The translations under genes were made by a program, and so were the position numbers. Of a stretch of 64,000 nucleotides of DNA, positions 61,664-64,000 are shown piece after piece; positions within the stretch are counted from its first letter, which is position 1; the number at the start of each line of letters is the position of its first letter. The notes under the pieces are model-generated. The model ran no database searches, had not been told where the DNA came from, and was given only the letters and a program-made list of their open reading frames with translations. This DNA is from Gammaproteobacteria bacterium (GTDB lineage Bacteria; Pseudomonadota; Gammaproteobacteria; CBDBNL01; JAAOII01). The stretch is taken from NCBI GenBank assembly GCA_965209035.1, contig OZ242372.1, positions 416,001 through 480,000 of the forward strand. Direction: 5' to 3'.

Positions 61664-63972
61664 CGGGTTTTCAACAAACGGATATATGCCTTGTAGAACT
61701 TCCGCAGGAGTTCCGCCTCTTTTTGGTTGATTTTCTTTCTTCGCAAGAGGCTATCATACCACTCTAACTCATCACAAACTTCGGCAAATCGTTCTTGTCC
61801 GTGTGCGTCATAGATATCCCGCACAGCCCAAGCAAGTTTACAAACATCCTCCGCAAGTTGTGTGCCGAGACCGTCTTTCGCCGATATCTCAAATCGGGAA
61901 AGCATTTCCGCGCGCTGTGCGGTAGGCGCAATCATTGCTTCGGTAAACCTGTCCTCTTTTTTCTTTTCTTTAATGGTGTTCCCGCCGACACTCCCCAAGG
62001 GCATTAAAAACCATTTAAACAAAAGGGCTACAACCGGATGCATCCCCAACGAATCCGCCCAACGAGAAATGTGAGAATAACCCAAAGAATCTTCGCAAGA
62101 ATATTTGCAAGAATATTCGGCAGAGTGTTTCACCCCGCCCGCCGACAACAGAGCATGCTCCGCGGCCAACCATCTGTAAGTTTGCAAGTAAGCGGGAGAA
62201 AGAGCCATTTTTCCGTTCCAAAAACCCCTTAGTATCTCCGTTTGCAGGAGAACGGAAAACAAACAAGTCAGGTGGGAGAGTCGCCGATCGGTGTGACTGC
62301 CATTCCGTGCCGATATCCAACCGAAACTCAATCCCAAACCAAAACCGCGGATTAGATTCCGCCCCCAACCGCAAAGAAAGTGAAGCAAAGCCATGTCCGC
62401 CGCCGCGTGATGTTCATCCCCCTCTGTGGCTCTTTTGAGAAGGCGCAGTAAGCCAAGTGACTTCTCGGGCAGGTCCTCGGCGGTCTGCGGAAACCAATCT
62501 TCCGGTTTGCCGATCACCTCATCATCGGATGCAAATCGTTGCGATGCCGGCGGAACGGAAAGATGTCCCAATAATCTTTTCTTCAATTTTTCCAAACAAA
62601 GAATATCCTCGTCACCGGATACAAAAGATGATGTCTCTTCACTTGCGTGCCGATGCGTAAACTGCGCCAAGGCCTCGGTCTTTTGAGAAAAAAATCCAAT
62701 ACTCGCAAGAGCATCCAAAGGCTGCGACAAGGTCGGCCGCAGCAATCTGTTCGCCGCAACCAGGCTGCCGCCGAAGCGTATTAACCGCAAGGATTCCGCA
62801 AAAGCAAGTGCCTCCAAAAACTGCTGTGTTTTATCAAAAACATAATATCGCATATCCCGTGCCGAAAGAGAAATTACATTTTTCATTGGCACAAAAAAAG
62901 GAGCGGGCTCTCGCCCCGGCACCGCCGGAGAAACATCCGCCCGGGAAATTAGGTTTTGACGGCGCAAAAGACTCGCTGGGACGAGAACACAAATATCCGT
63001 CGTATCCGCATCCCCCAAGCGATGTTTGGGATCCTGTGCTTTCAAACACAACCCGCAAACATTCGCCGCAAGAGGGATGCCTTTTACGGGGCTTCCCGGA
63101 TAAATGAAAACCCCGTGTGTCTTACCGGTTTCGGATTCGGTTTGATTTTGAGCGATAACCGCCGCCAACGCGGTCAGTCTGTTGGGCGGAACCAGATGCA
63201 TGATCGCAGACTGACTCGCCGCACCCGTCAAGTATTGTTTTTTTTGATTGGCCGAGCCGCGTGCCGCCAAAAGGGAACGCAGACCGTTATTGCACGCGAA
63301 TACAATCTTTGCCAACTCAGGATCCCAACATGCCAATCTCGCATAAAAATGAAAAAAGTCATAAGACGGCCGGTTGTCTGCCGGATATGCAAGGCCTTCC
63401 GTCGCTATCCATTTTTGCAGTGCCTCTGTTTTATTTTCGCGGGTATCCGGTTTATCCCAAACAGAAAACAAGCGAGCGCAAGTATCCGCCAAAGCATCCC
63501 CGTGTTCCGCGGAAGTTTCGGAAACTGTAAAAGTCGGGGCAATCTCTTTGTCTGACACAAACTGCCCGTCAAATCTTCCCGCGGCAAGATATTCCAAGAA
63601 AGAGGTCTTCAATCCGGGCTTAGCCTTTTCTCGCCCCGATTCCGGCAACTCCTTATCCAACTCGCCAAAGTGATCAAACCATTCCGCCGAGGGCAATGCC
63701 TTCAATTCAACCGACCGATCGAGACGCCGAACAACCGGTAACAAAAAGACCATCTTTCTGATATTCGGATAAAGGAGCACAAAAAAACAGACCGAAAACA
63801 AAATCGCCATAAAAAGCACCCACTGCCAAGATGCCCCGGCCGCGCCCAAGGATGACAAAAAGACCATCGCGATGCCGAAGTAAAAAAAGACCGGTGTATT
63901 CAATTGCATCCTCTCAAAAAGGACAGATATCCCGAACAGGAATACCAAAAAGAAGAAAATAAAACTCAGCAT
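61660..63972 (-). CDS. Highly diverged FadE-like acyl-CoA dehydrogenase (tentative)
   Basis: N-terminal TM helices, length about 770 aa, remnants G...QK.QYL, I.LA.., L...A.DP...LG and C-terminal IN..EAELL; catalytic motifs not recognisable. Confidence 0.55.
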
Positions 63973-64000
63973 TAATTCAATTCAATTCATCCCAAATTGA

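Overview
Bacterial chromosomal window, most consistent with a Gammaproteobacterium (glyW-cysT-leuZ tRNA cluster, mlaFEDCB-bolA-murA-hisG, trxA-rho, hemCDXY, scpAB-rluB). Many housekeeping proteins are strongly diverged and carry small insertions, which may indicate a host-associated lineage (inference). Housekeeping genes include icd, prpE, dsbD, mfd, gltA, pstS, tilS, tctABC, tatD, rne and uvrB. Accessory content: (i) a left-end defence-like cluster of two divergent DUF262/DUF1524 (GmrSD-like) genes and a truncated putative nuclease gene missed by the ORF track; (ii) a permease-less ABC module converging on a Tm-1-like/cupin/TIM-barrel operon; (iii) a MITE-flanked AT-rich island of unknown genes; (iv) a PvuII-like restriction-modification pair with non-canonical motifs; (v) a tandemly duplicated hendecad-repeat membrane protein; (vi) an orphan 5S rRNA. 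The most unusual observation is an IS481-family element (43402-44700, 5-bp ATCAT target duplication). It is open-framed from end to end: two short ORFs are chained to the transposase by consecutive ATGA overlaps, and the transposase has no stop codon inside the element. At least six non-autonomous derivatives or ends of it occur in the window, and two local duplications have a boundary at one of these ends.
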